A stretch of 48,204 bases of DNA, taken from Deltaproteobacteria bacterium (GTDB lineage Bacteria > Desulfobacterota > Desulfomonilia > UBA1062). The stretch covers positions 1-48,204 of the forward strand of contig JAKQBR010000178.1 of NCBI GenBank assembly GCA_029574005.1, read 5' to 3'. The notes beneath the pieces are model-generated. The model was not told the DNA's origin. It did not search any database and worked only from the letters and a program-made list of their open reading frames with translations. Position 1 is the first letter of the stretch, and every line of letters starts with the position of its first letter. This document shows positions 26,732-35,959 of the stretch, piece after piece. The position numbers and the translations under genes are program-made.

Positions 26732-28099
26732 CTATAACTCGATCACCATGCGTTCGACCGGGCTGGAGGACCTGAACTTGCCTTCATAGCCCCGGCGCCC
26801 CATGAGATCGAAGGTGATCTGTTTGCCGAGCTCTACCCCCGGCTGGTCAAAGGGATTGACGTCCAGCAGGTAGCCCATGCAGGCCGTGGCGGCCTCGAAG
26901 AACATGAACAGGCCGCCCAAAGTGCCCGCATCGATGGTTTCGAGCGAGATGTGCGAGGTCATGCGCCCGCTCTCTATCAGGGCACCCTTGGTGCCGAGCG
27001 CCTCGGCCCTGATCAGTCCGGCGATGCTCTTACCGGCCAGATAGCCCATCTCGTCCGTGTCTCCGAAGACATGCGGGATTGGGACATCTTTGCGGAAGGT
27101 TGCAACGTCGATGATGTTCACGATCTTATCGAAGGGGCCCTCAACGTAGAGCTGCACCTGGGAATGCTGGTCCGTGGCCCCCAAGGCCTTGACCGGAGTC
27201 TGCCCGGCATACACGTCCTTGCCCTTGAGCGAGTGCCTCTTGCCGATGCTTTCGGCCCAGATCTGGCGGTACCAGTCGGCCAGGTCGTACAGGGCATTGG
27301 AATAGGGCATCAGCACCGAGATGTTCACCCCGCGCGCCAGGGCCAGGAAATGCACGGCCGCATAGAGATAGGCCGGGTTCTTGAACACATCGCCCTGCAG
27401 CACGCAAGCAGCCATCTTTCCGGCGCCTGCCATCATGGCCTGGATATCGATGCCCAACAGGCACGCCGGGAAGAGACCCACCGGGGTCAGGACGCTGAAC
27501 CGTCCGCCCACTTCAGGCGGTATGCTCAGGCTTGCGATCCCATCGGCGACTGCAAGCTTGCGCAGGATGCCCTTTTCAGGGTCCGTGATGAGGACCAGGT
27601 GGTCATGGCAGCGCTTTCCCAGCGTACGCTGGAGCAGGTCATAGACGACCATGAACTGGGCCGCGGTCTCGGCCGTGCCGCCGGATTTGCTCACCACCGT
27701 GAAGAGCGTCTCCCGGGGATCGATATTCTCCAGGATGCTCCCCATCAGTTCGGGATCGACATTGTCCATGAAGAACAGGCGCGGTTCGGCGCTTATGTTG
27801 TGCAGAGGGTCTTTCAAGGCCTGGAATATGGCCTTCGGCCCCAGGGAGGAACCACCGATGCCGAGATGGACGATGTTCTTGAAGCGGCCCTTGAGCTGCT
27901 CGGCCAGGGTTATCACCCCTTCGATCATCGTGTTGTCGTTGGGCAGGTCGTAGAACAGGATCTCGCGTTTGGCGCGCGCCGCCATGATGGTCTCGTGCGC
28001 GCAGGCAAGGGCCGGAACGATCGCCTCGATATCGCTTACGGCAATGCCCCGCCCCCCGAGAAGCTTGTCCGTGACCCCTGAGAAGTCGAACCGTATCAT
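26732..28099 (-). CDS. pgi: Glucose-6-phosphate isomerase
   Basis: The track gives 26732-28150. I start at ATG 28099 (MIRFDFSG...). SIS-domain motif HLGIGGSSLGPK and later DQHSQVQLY. Confidence 0.9.
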   Translation of the reverse strand: MIRFDFSGVTDKLLGGRGIAVSDIEAIVPALACAHETIMAARAKREILFYDLPNDNTMIEGVITLAEQLKGRFKNIVHLGIGGSSLGPKAIFQALKDPLHNISAEPRLFFMDNVDPELMGSILENIDPRETLFTVVSKSGGTAETAAQFMVVYDLLQRTLGKRCHDHLVLITDPEKGILRKLAVADGIASLSIPPEVGGRFSVLTPVGLFPACLLGIDIQAMMAGAGKMAACVLQGDVFKNPAYLYAAVHFLALARGVNISVLMPYSNALYDLADWYRQIWAESIGKRHSLKGKDVYAGQTPVKALGATDQHSQVQLYVEGPFDKIVNIIDVATFRKDVPIPHVFGDTDEMGYLAGKSIAGLIRAEALGTKGALIESGRMTSHISLETIDAGTLGGLFMFFEAATACMGYLLDVNPFDQPGVELGKQITFDLMGRRGYEGKFRSSSPVERMVIEL

Positions 28100-28188
28100 G
28101 CCCACCCCCTTGCGCGTTTTATCGGTTGCTAGCCGAGATCTATACCGCAAGCGGTTGGAATTGAAAACCGTAAAACAGGCTCGATGGT

Positions 28189-28905
28189 TCAGACGACGGT
28201 ACGGAAGGCATGTCCGCGTGCTTTTTCCGGCTGCATGCCTTTTCGATAGGCGGCAACGGCGTGATTTCCAGCTGTGCCATCAGCGGGTTCTGATGGCCCC
28301 ATTCCCTCTTGAGCCTGGCGACTGTTCTCTATCGCCAGCTCATGGGCCGCCTCGGCCAACTTGGCCGAAGCGGCCGCGGCGATGGCGCGATCCTGTGGAC
28401 TGGGATCGGACGGAGCAAGCGCCGCAGCCTTGACGCGCTGCATGCGCGTGATGGTTTCGCGCGGGGTGCCGCCTTCCGAGGTATCGATGCTGACCTCGCC
28501 GGATACGGCATAGAGTTTGCCGTCCGGCCCTTGCTTGTAGGTATACGAGGCGCCGCCCTTGACCAGTCCCGCGCCGGCCGCCAGGTGGGCCATTTCGTGG
28601 GCGCGCACGTGGCAATCGGTCTGCTTGAGCTCCTTGACCCGGGCGGTTTCCTCCCGGTCCAAGGGCTGCCCATCCTTGCCCTTTGCCTGTGTGGCCGCCG
28701 TATCAGCATCGTCGGCCGAGGAAGCGGATGTATTCATTTTGCCGTTCCGGCCATAGGTCGGATTGATGCCTTCACCAGGCATGAGCTGGCCGCCGGTCGT
28801 CCCTGCGGCCTTTGAGGCTGGAGTTCGAGCCTCACCTCCGGCCCGTGCCGACTCAGGCGTGGTCGTGGCATATCCTGATTGTATCCCAACGGGGTACAGT
28901 TCCAT
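28189..28905 (-). CDS. SprA-related family protein with HExxH motif (putative metalloprotease-like, function unknown)
   Basis: 238 aa. The low-complexity Ala/Gly/Thr-rich N-terminus is followed by VKELKQTDCHVRAHEMAHLAAGAGLVKGGASYTYKQGPDGKLYAVSGEVSIDTS. I recognise this as the SprA-related family pattern from memory. Confidence 0.7.
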   Translation of the reverse strand: MELYPVGIQSGYATTTPESARAGGEARTPASKAAGTTGGQLMPGEGINPTYGRNGKMNTSASSADDADTAATQAKGKDGQPLDREETARVKELKQTDCHVRAHEMAHLAAGAGLVKGGASYTYKQGPDGKLYAVSGEVSIDTSEGGTPRETITRMQRVKAAALAPSDPSPQDRAIAAAASAKLAEAAHELAIENSRQAQEGMGPSEPADGTAGNHAVAAYRKGMQPEKARGHAFRTVV

Positions 28906-29075
28906 GCAGGTCCCTCGTCTCTGTTCTCATCGGCAGGGGAGCGGCAGGCTTGAGGCGCACCATGACAATCCTCAGAGACTCAAAAGAGGCCGGCCTCATG
29001 GCCATGAAGACCACTAATTTGAATCCAATGCGCTGCAACAAGGCTCTAAACAGGCACGGACGGTGGTACGGTCGA

Positions 29076-29084
29076 GGGGGGGGG
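29076..29084. repeat. G9 homopolymer tract in an intergenic region
   Basis: Nine consecutive G (gtcgaGGGGGGGGGaacc), read directly from the sequence. It sits between the divergent SprA-related gene and the patatin operon. Confidence 0.9.
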
Positions 29085-29091
29085 AACCGCC

Positions 29092-29409
29092 ATGCATTCG
29101 CAACCGATCTCCAGTATACCAGGCACCCAGACTTTATCGATGGGTGGCAGATCGTCAACCATGCATCAAAAGTCTGCCGGCCACTCCGCGAGGGTGGCAA
29201 CCGCAGACCTGTCCGGCCGAAGCAGCGTTTCCTCGGATGAAAAGGATCAAGACCGTGGCATCAACGTCTCGGTCCTGGAGGAATATCTGTACGCCCGCAT
29301 GCATCCTGGCCGTACACTGTACCTGGATCAACTGACGCAGTACAATTCCAGGGGCGGTCTCGTCACGTGGTTGCAATGGATGCCCAGGCTTATCGATATC
29401 AGGGTCTAG
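29092..29409 (+). CDS. Doubtful small ORF (105 aa), no recognisable family
   Basis: This is the only plus-strand ORF filling the 528-bp gap. The C-terminal half (GINVSVLEEYLYARMHPGRTLYLDQLTQYNSRGGLVTWLQWMPRLIDIRV) shows GC-rich third positions. The N-terminal half is Ser/Gly-rich with no RBS. Confidence 0.2.
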   Translation: MHSQPISSIPGTQTLSMGGRSSTMHQKSAGHSARVATADLSGRSSVSSDEKDQDRGINVSVLEEYLYARMHPGRTLYLDQLTQYNSRGGLVTWLQWMPRLIDIRV

Positions 29410-29469
29410 CCGAGCGGATGAGATTTTCCACCATTGACGCACGCCATGATATTGCGTAGCGTAGGCGAC

Positions 29470-30432
29470 ATGGCGTACAGGCTCGCATTGGTCTTGGCCG
29501 GGGGCGGCGTCAGGTGCATGGCCCATGCCGGCGTCTTCATCGAACTCGAACGCGCCGGAATCGTACCTGATCTGATCGTCGGTTCCAGCCTTGGTTCGGT
29601 CATGGGCGGGGTGTATGCCTACAAGCCCGAGGCCGAGTTCCTGCGGCAGTTCGCGCTCAGGTTCTCCGACAACCACATCGTCAGGGCCATGGAACGGTCG
29701 TTTGCGCATCATCCCGGGATGCTGGCGCGCATCGGGCGCTGCGGCGTGTACTCGCTGGGCCTGGCATACATCTCCTGGCAGTACGGCATCCTGTCTTCGG
29801 CCTTCTTAAAGCGCGCCTTCAACAACATCGTGGGCAAACGCATGCTGAGGGACCGCAATTTTCTGATCGAGGACTGCCGCATCCCCTTCGCGCCCTTGGC
29901 CGTGGACATCGCCTCGGCCAGGGCCGTGATCCTGAGGAGCGGTGATATCCCGGACGCCATGTACGCCTCAAGCGCCGTACCCGGGGTCTGCAAACCCCAC
30001 CGTCTGGGCGGCATGCGTCTCATGGACGGCGGTCTGGCCAGCCTGGTACCGGTGCTGGCCGCGCATCTCCTGGGCGCCGAACGCATCATCGCCGTCGATA
30101 CGGACTCCAAGGTGCGTGGACGCTACGATAACGTGGTACAGATGATCGAGCAGGCCTCGGCCGTGCGCGGATATCGCTGGAACATGATGGAGACGGCCCA
30201 GGCCGATCTGCTCATCGAACCCAGGGTGAAGCAGTTCTACTGGTGGCAATTCAGCCGGGCGGAAGACTGCATCGCATCCGGGCAGGATGCCGCGCGCGAT
30301 TCCCTGGATGCCGTGAGGTCCCTGATCGCGCGCGTCCCGGACGAGCGCAAACAGGCGACGCGCTCATTTCTGGCGGGGTATTATCCGCACGTCATCATTG
30401 ATACCTGCCATGAAAGGATCAGGCATGAATAA
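29470..30432 (+). CDS. Patatin-like phospholipase (copy 1)
   Basis: The track ORF starts at TTG 29434. I prefer ATG 29470 (MAYRLALVLAGGGVRC...). Motifs are GGGVRC (oxyanion), GSSLG (GxSxG nucleophile) and MDGGL (catalytic Asp). Confidence 0.8.
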   Translation: MAYRLALVLAGGGVRCMAHAGVFIELERAGIVPDLIVGSSLGSVMGGVYAYKPEAEFLRQFALRFSDNHIVRAMERSFAHHPGMLARIGRCGVYSLGLAYISWQYGILSSAFLKRAFNNIVGKRMLRDRNFLIEDCRIPFAPLAVDIASARAVILRSGDIPDAMYASSAVPGVCKPHRLGGMRLMDGGLASLVPVLAAHLLGAERIIAVDTDSKVRGRYDNVVQMIEQASAVRGYRWNMMETAQADLLIEPRVKQFYWWQFSRAEDCIASGQDAARDSLDAVRSLIARVPDERKQATRSFLAGYYPHVIIDTCHERIRHE

Positions 30433-31786
30433 ACAGGACCTGCTGAGAAACATCCCCAAGGTCGATACGGTCATGAAGGCGGCCGCGCTCAAAGACCTGC
30501 CGTACCGCGCGGACATGATCAAGCGTGTCGTGGTGGAGGAGTTGGCCCATATCCGCGCTACGCTGCGTGACGGTGGCGCCGCCGAATGCCCGACGGCCGC
30601 GGCCGTGGCCCAGGCGGCGGCACGCAGGATCGGCGCGACCATGGATGCCGGGTTGAAAGTCGTGATCAACGCCACGGGGGTGATCGTGCATACCAACCTC
30701 GGACGGGCGCCCCTGGCCCGCCAGGCGCTCAAGGCAATCGAGGCCGCGGCCGGATACTCGAACCTGGAATTCGACCTTGAACGCGGCGAGCGCGGATCGC
30801 GCCAGGACCATATCCGGCCCCTCACGCGGGCCTGTTTCGACGCCCCGGACGCGCTGGTGGTCAACAACAATGCCGCCGCGGTGCTGCTGGCGCTGACCGC
30901 CCTGGCGCGCGGCCGCGAGGTGATCGTCTCGCGCGGGGAGCTGGTGGAGATCGGCGGGTCCTTCCGCATCCCTGACGTGATGGCCTTGAGCGGCGCCAGG
31001 CTCAGAGAGATCGGCACCACCAACAAGACCCGCTTAAGCGATTATGCTGCGGCCATCACCGATGAGTCCGCGCTGATCATGAAGGTGCACCGCAGCAACT
31101 TCGCGGTGGTGGGCTTCAGCGAAGAGGCCTCCATCAAGGAGCTCTCGGAACTGGCGCGTTCCCGGCGCATCCCCTTCTTCATCGACATGGGCTCGGGCGT
31201 CCCCTTCGACCTGGGGGCCTTCGGCATCCCGAACGAATGGACGATCCCCGAGTGCCTGGAAGGCGCCGACATCGTATCCTTCAGCGCCGACAAGGTGCTG
31301 GGTGGACCTCAGGCCGGCATCATCCTGGGGCGCAGCGAGCTCATCCAGGCCATGGCTCGGCACCCGCTGCACCGCGCGGTGCGCATCGACAAGCTTACTA
31401 TCGCGAGCTTGAACGCCACCTTGAGCCTCTTGAGCACGGGTGACTTCCAGGAGATCCCGGTGCTGCGCATGATCAGCCAGGATATCGCGACCGTCAGGGC
31501 CCGTGCCCGGAGGTTCAGGAGACTCCTGGAGGTCAAGGCCGAGGTCATTGCCACCCAGGCCGTCATCGGCGGCGGCTCGGCCCCGACCAAGACCTTCGGC
31601 TCCTGCGGGGTGGCGGTGGCCTGCGATCGCGGCCAGGCGCCCCGCCTGCACGAGCGCCTCAGGCGTGAGGGCGTGGTCTGCCGCATCGAGGAGGAGCGTC
31701 TGATATTCGATCTGCGCACGGTCTCGGACCAGGAGGTCAGGCCCCTGGCGGAGAAGGTCAACGAGGTCGTGGGCCATGGGACGTAA
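30425..31786 (+). CDS. selA: L-seryl-tRNA(Sec) selenium transferase
   Basis: I start at ATG 30425 (MNKQDLLRNIPKVD...), which overlaps the patatin stop by 8 nt. Motifs are VINATGVIVHTNLGRAPL, VSRGELVEIGGSFRIPDVM and the PLP-lysine block FSADKVLGGPQAG. Confidence 0.9.
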   Translation: MNKQDLLRNIPKVDTVMKAAALKDLPYRADMIKRVVVEELAHIRATLRDGGAAECPTAAAVAQAAARRIGATMDAGLKVVINATGVIVHTNLGRAPLARQALKAIEAAAGYSNLEFDLERGERGSRQDHIRPLTRACFDAPDALVVNNNAAAVLLALTALARGREVIVSRGELVEIGGSFRIPDVMALSGARLREIGTTNKTRLSDYAAAITDESALIMKVHRSNFAVVGFSEEASIKELSELARSRRIPFFIDMGSGVPFDLGAFGIPNEWTIPECLEGADIVSFSADKVLGGPQAGIILGRSELIQAMARHPLHRAVRIDKLTIASLNATLSLLSTGDFQEIPVLRMISQDIATVRARARRFRRLLEVKAEVIATQAVIGGGSAPTKTFGSCGVAVACDRGQAPRLHERLRREGVVCRIEEERLIFDLRTVSDQEVRPLAEKVNEVVGHGT

Positions 31787-32681
31787 GATCGCCGTCGCGC
31801 TGGGAGGCGGAGGGGTGCGCGGGCTGGCCAATATCGGCGTGCTCAAGGCCCTCGAAAACCACGGGCTTGTCCCGGATATCGTAACCGGGACGAGCATGGG
31901 CGCCATCGTCGGCGCTGTGTATGCCGATACGGGTTCGGCCGCGAAGACCGAATCGATCATCAAGACCTATCTGAGCTCCGAGGAGTTCATCAAGCAGACC
32001 CAGAGCTTGAGCGTCTCGGACGATCCGTACAAGGGTTGGATGGAGAAGCTGTTCGACACCGCCAAGAAGGGGTACTTCTTTTACCGCTTCCTCATGCGCG
32101 AATCCATCGTCTCGCAGGGCGTTTTCCAGGAGCTCGATCGTCTGGTGCCGGACAAGCGCTTCGGCGAACTGAAACTGAGGTTCGCCTGCATCGCCTTGGA
32201 CCTGGTATCCGGCCTTCCGGAGATCTTTCACGACGGAGAACTCCGTCCGGCGGTGAGGGCCTCCAGCGCGGTGCCCGGCATGATGCCGCCGGTGCCGATC
32301 CGCTCCGGCATGTATGTGGACGGAGGTTGGGCCGAGAGCGTTCCCGTTACGCCGGCGGTCTTTCTGGGAGCCGACTTCATCATCGCCTCGGACGTCACCC
32401 GCGATATCACGTCCATCGATTACGCCAGCCAGATGAAGAGCAGCATGGATATCCTCCAGCGCGCCAACGACATCACCCGCGCGCTCATGAACACCTACCG
32501 TACACGCGGGGCCGATTTCGTGCTCCACCCCGATATCGGGGACGCCCCCTGGTCGGCCTTCGACAACATCGAGGGCTACATCGCCTCAGGTTACGAATGC
32601 GCGCAGAAGGGCATGCCCGCGCTGAGACGCGCGCTGCGGCGGGGATGGTTATCCCGGTTGTGGAAGACGCGCGCTCGCTGA
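31776..32681 (+). CDS. Patatin-like phospholipase (copy 2, RssA-like)
   Basis: 301 aa. The ATG overlaps the selA 3' end by 11 nt. Motifs are GGGGVRG, GTSMG and VDGGW. Confidence 0.85.
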   Translation: MGRKIAVALGGGGVRGLANIGVLKALENHGLVPDIVTGTSMGAIVGAVYADTGSAAKTESIIKTYLSSEEFIKQTQSLSVSDDPYKGWMEKLFDTAKKGYFFYRFLMRESIVSQGVFQELDRLVPDKRFGELKLRFACIALDLVSGLPEIFHDGELRPAVRASSAVPGMMPPVPIRSGMYVDGGWAESVPVTPAVFLGADFIIASDVTRDITSIDYASQMKSSMDILQRANDITRALMNTYRTRGADFVLHPDIGDAPWSAFDNIEGYIASGYECAQKGMPALRRALRRGWLSRLWKTRAR

Positions 32682-33616
32682 GTCTCTCAACCGATGACCA
32701 GGGCGAACGCCTGGACATCGTGCTGTCCCGCCATGCCGGCCAGACGCGCTCGGCGGCCGCGCGCCTGATCGATGAGGGCAGGGTCCTGGTTGATGGTCGC
32801 GCCCGCAAGCCATCCTTCAAGGTCGGCGCGGGGATGATCCTGACATGGAGCATCCCCGACCAGTCCCCCTCGATCCTTGAGCCGTCGGCGCTGGCTCTCA
32901 ATATCCTCTACGAGGACGAATGGATCGTCGTGATCGACAAACCCGCCGGTCTGGTCGTGCACCCCGGCGCCGGCAACACGCGCGATACCCTGGTCAATGC
33001 GCTCATTGCGCGCTATCCCGACATGGCGGCGGTGGGCAGCCGGGAGAGGCCGGGCATCGTGCATCGCCTGGACAAGCTCACCTCCGGTGTCATGGTGGCG
33101 GCCCGCAACCGCGAGGCGTACTATGCCCTGGAGGAATCCTTCAAGGCCCATGCGCACGAGCGTGTCTATCTGGCGGTCTGCTACGGCCGCATGCCTCAGC
33201 CTGCGGGACGCATCGCCACGCTGATCAACCGGCATCCGGTTGATCGCAAACGCATGAGTTCCAAGGTCAAGACCGGTCGCGAGGCCGTGACCAACTGGCG
33301 GGTCGAGCGCGTCTGGAAGGAACTTTCGCTCCTTGAGCTCAGGCTCGAAACCGGCCGCACGCACCAGATCAGGGTGCATCTCTCGGACATGGGGCATCCC
33401 ATCGTGGGCGACGGTGAATACGGCGGGGTAAGCCGGGCGCATGCGCTGCGCGATCCAGTCCTGCGAGACTATGTCCGCACGATACAAAGGCAGATGCTGC
33501 ATGCGCAGGTATTGGGGATCAAACACCCGGCGACGCGGGAATATCTTGAATTCACGAGCCCGCTCCCGGAGGATATGCGTGCGCTCATCGACAGGCTCGA
33601 TGAGCTCGAGGGATGA
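32645..33616 (+). CDS. rluD: 23S rRNA pseudouridine synthase, RluD subfamily
   Basis: The track ORF 32036-33616 has a shadow extension. I start at ATG 32645 (GTG 32660 is an alternative). N-terminal S4-like region (RLDIVLSRH...SRSAAARLIDEGRVLVDG), catalytic HRLDKLTSGVMV, and GRTHQIRVHL. Confidence 0.9.
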   Translation: MVIPVVEDARSLSLSTDDQGERLDIVLSRHAGQTRSAAARLIDEGRVLVDGRARKPSFKVGAGMILTWSIPDQSPSILEPSALALNILYEDEWIVVIDKPAGLVVHPGAGNTRDTLVNALIARYPDMAAVGSRERPGIVHRLDKLTSGVMVAARNREAYYALEESFKAHAHERVYLAVCYGRMPQPAGRIATLINRHPVDRKRMSSKVKTGREAVTNWRVERVWKELSLLELRLETGRTHQIRVHLSDMGHPIVGDGEYGGVSRAHALRDPVLRDYVRTIQRQMLHAQVLGIKHPATREYLEFTSPLPEDMRALIDRLDELEG

Positions 33617-33630
33617 ATCGCGACCGAGGC

Positions 33631-33867
33631 CTACTTCTTGCAGAGTCTGCTCACCAAGAGGGTCCTTAAACGATCGACCTGGTCATCGCTGATACAGCAC
33701 GTGCTTTCCGCCCTGCGCGACAAGCTGATGGTCAGGCTGTAGGTCCTATAGAAGACGCGACAGCGCGGGCAGGTTTCCATGTGGGCGCGTATATCGTCCT
33801 GGACCTCCTGGGGCAAGGTGCATTCCACGTATTCATTGAGCAACGCCAGGTAACGCTTACAGGTCAT
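33631..33867 (-). CDS. Small soluble zinc-binding anti-sigma factor (ZAS, RsrA-like)
   Basis: 78 aa with no TM segment. The HMETCPRC stretch is H29-x3-C33-x2-C36, and Cys3 lies 26 residues before the His. The ATG overlaps the sigma-factor stop (ATGA, 33864-33867). Confidence 0.7.
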   Translation of the reverse strand: MTCKRYLALLNEYVECTLPQEVQDDIRAHMETCPRCRVFYRTYSLTISLSRRAESTCCISDDQVDRLRTLLVSRLCKK

Positions 33868-34463
33868 GCATCCCTCCGGTTTGCATAGCGGCTGAAGTAG
33901 GCCGAAAGCGCGTCCCTGAGCATCAGACGCCCGCGATGCAGACGCGACTTCACGGCCGGCAGGCTTAATCCCACGGCCTCGGCGATCTCTTCATTCTTCA
34001 GGCCCTCCACATCCTTCATGATCACGATGGTGCGCATGGATTCGGGCAAGGCATCAATGGCCTGCCGGATGATGTTCTTGCTCTCGTCGGACAAGAGGAC
34101 GTCATCCGGCAGTTCCGACCAGTCGAAGCCCGCGATCTGATCGTGTTCGATCTCGTCCATGGGCGTCTGTTCGGTATACTTTTTTTCTTTGCGAAGAAAT
34201 CCGTAGGCGGCGTTGGTGGTGACGCGATAGAGCCAGGTGGCGAAATAGGCATTGTTCTCCAGGGTGCCCACCTTGGCGATCACGGTCAGGAACACGTCCT
34301 GCATGATCTCTTCGGCGGCCGAGGCATTGTGGGTGATGTGGAAGGCAAGGCTGTACACCTTATTGGAGTAGCGCCTCACGATCTCCTCCATGGCATCGCC
34401 ATCGCCTTGCTTTACCCTCCCGATCAACTCGGTATCCTTGGGGAACCTTGCGCCCTTGCTCAT
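33864..34463 (-). CDS. ECF-type RNA polymerase sigma-70 factor
   Basis: 199 aa. Region 2 reads YSLAFHITHNASAAEEIMQDVFLTV...TWLYRVTTNAAY. Region 4 HTH reads NEEIAEAVGLSLPAVKSRLHRGRLMLR. The ATG overlaps the gcvPB stop (ATGA, 34460-34463). Confidence 0.9.
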   Translation of the reverse strand: MSKGARFPKDTELIGRVKQGDGDAMEEIVRRYSNKVYSLAFHITHNASAAEEIMQDVFLTVIAKVGTLENNAYFATWLYRVTTNAAYGFLRKEKKYTEQTPMDEIEHDQIAGFDWSELPDDVLLSDESKNIIRQAIDALPESMRTIVIMKDVEGLKNEEIAEAVGLSLPAVKSRLHRGRLMLRDALSAYFSRYANRRDA

Positions 34464-35959
34464 TTAGATACCGCCTTGCGTTTGTTGGATTCAAGCATGT
34501 CCCACGTCAGGCACAGGTTGCGGGCGGCGTTCACCTCGTCCACGCGCGACACCGGCGTGAACTCCGGTTTGCCGTGCAATGTGTGCGGATCGTCAACCGC
34601 CGCTTGGGCGATGCTGATCATGGCATCGGCGAAGCGGTCGAGCTCGGACAGCGGTTCGGTCTCGGTCGGCTCGATCATCATGGCGCCGCCCACCACGAGC
34701 GGGAAATATACCGTGGGCGGGTGGAAGCCGAAGTCCATGAGGGCCTTGGCCATGTCCATGGTGCTGATACCGTTGTCCTTCTGGCGCTTGTCCGTCAGCA
34801 CGAATTCGTGCAGGGTAGGGGTGTCGTAGGGCAGGTCGAAATGGTCTTTGAGCCTGGCCTTCAGATAGTTGGCGTTCAGGACCGCGGCGCGGGACGCCTC
34901 CAGCAGCCCTTTCGGTCCGAGCCTGATGATATACACGATGGCCTTCAGGAGCACGCTGACGTTGCCGAGCGTGGAGTGTACCATGCCGATGGAATCGGGA
35001 AAGCGGTAGCTCAAGGTGAAGAGCTCGCGCGGCACATGCACGATGCGCGGTATGGGCAGGAATCGCTCCAGCTCGGACTGCACCAGCACCGGACCTCCGC
35101 CGGGACCTCCGCCGCCGTGCGGGGTGCCGAAGGTCTTGTGCAGATTCACATGCAGACAATCCACGCCCATATCGCCGGGGCGCGACACGCCGAGGATGGC
35201 GTTCAGGTTGGCGCCGTCCATGTAGAGATACGAGCCGTTGGCGTGCAGGAGCTCGGCGATTGCGCCGATCTCCTGCTCGAATATGCCCAGGGTATTGGGA
35301 TTGGTGATCATGAGCGCGGCCACGTCCTTATCCAGGTGGTCCTTCACGGTCGCGGCCTCGAGATAACCCTTGGGTCCGGACGGGATGTTCCTGGTCGTAA
35401 AGCCGGCGATGGCGCACGATGCGGGGTTGGTGCCGTGTGCCGTATCGGGTATCAGCACCACCGATCGGTCTTCGCCGCGGGTCTTTATGGCCTTCTTGAT
35501 GATGAGCATGCCGGTCAGCTCGCCGTGCGCGCCGGCGGCCGGCCACAGGCAGCAGGCGTCCATGCCGCAGATCTCCTCCAGGTAGCGCTGCAGGGCCGCC
35601 AGAGCCCTCAGCACCATGTGCATGGGATGCTTGTCGCTGGAATGGATATTGCGGATGCGTTCGGCGATATTCTCGCAGATCTTGGGGTTGTACTTCATGG
35701 TGCAGGAACCCAGCGGATACATACCCTGATCCACCCCGAAGTTCAAACGCGACAGCCTTGTGAAGTGCCGCACGGTCTCGACCTCGGCCACATCCGGCAG
35801 CTCGACCTCATCGGGATTCAGGAAGGGAGTCAGCTCGTCCGGGATGCACGGCTTGAAGGGGTCGGGAACGATGTGCTTGTTGCGGCCGGGCGCGTTGAGC
35901 GCGATCAGCAGGGGCTCCAAAACGGCGGTCGAGCGACCTAGAGATTCTCGAGCAGGCAT
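34460..35959 (-). CDS. gcvPB: Glycine dehydrogenase (decarboxylating) subunit 2
   Basis: I start at ATG 35959 (GGAGGA 6 nt upstream); the track uses TTG 35965. Motifs are LGSCTMKYNPK and the PLP-lysine block HVNLHKTFGTPHGGGGPG. Confidence 0.95.
   Translation of the reverse strand: MPARESLGRSTAVLEPLLIALNAPGRNKHIVPDPFKPCIPDELTPFLNPDEVELPDVAEVETVRHFTRLSRLNFGVDQGMYPLGSCTMKYNPKICENIAERIRNIHSSDKHPMHMVLRALAALQRYLEEICGMDACCLWPAAGAHGELTGMLIIKKAIKTRGEDRSVVLIPDTAHGTNPASCAIAGFTTRNIPSGPKGYLEAATVKDHLDKDVAALMITNPNTLGIFEQEIGAIAELLHANGSYLYMDGANLNAILGVSRPGDMGVDCLHVNLHKTFGTPHGGGGPGGGPVLVQSELERFLPIPRIVHVPRELFTLSYRFPDSIGMVHSTLGNVSVLLKAIVYIIRLGPKGLLEASRAAVLNANYLKARLKDHFDLPYDTPTLHEFVLTDKRQKDNGISTMDMAKALMDFGFHPPTVYFPLVVGGAMMIEPTETEPLSELDRFADAMISIAQAAVDDPHTLHGKPEFTPVSRVDEVNAARNLCLTWDMLESNKRKAVSK

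Noticed and set aside
26951-28081. 376-aa plus-strand ORF opposite pgi
   Set aside because: It is antisense to pgi, a shadow frame.
29076-29260. SRP (4.5S) RNA-like signals: a 5' G-run and GTCCGGCCGAAGCAGC resembling GUCCGGAAGGAAGCAGC
   Set aside because: The GGAA tetraloop context is missing, the match is one nt short, and no complementary C-run pairs with the G-run downstream. It is probably coincidence.
34448-35941. 497-aa plus-strand ORF opposite gcvPB
   Set aside because: It is antisense to gcvPB, a shadow frame.
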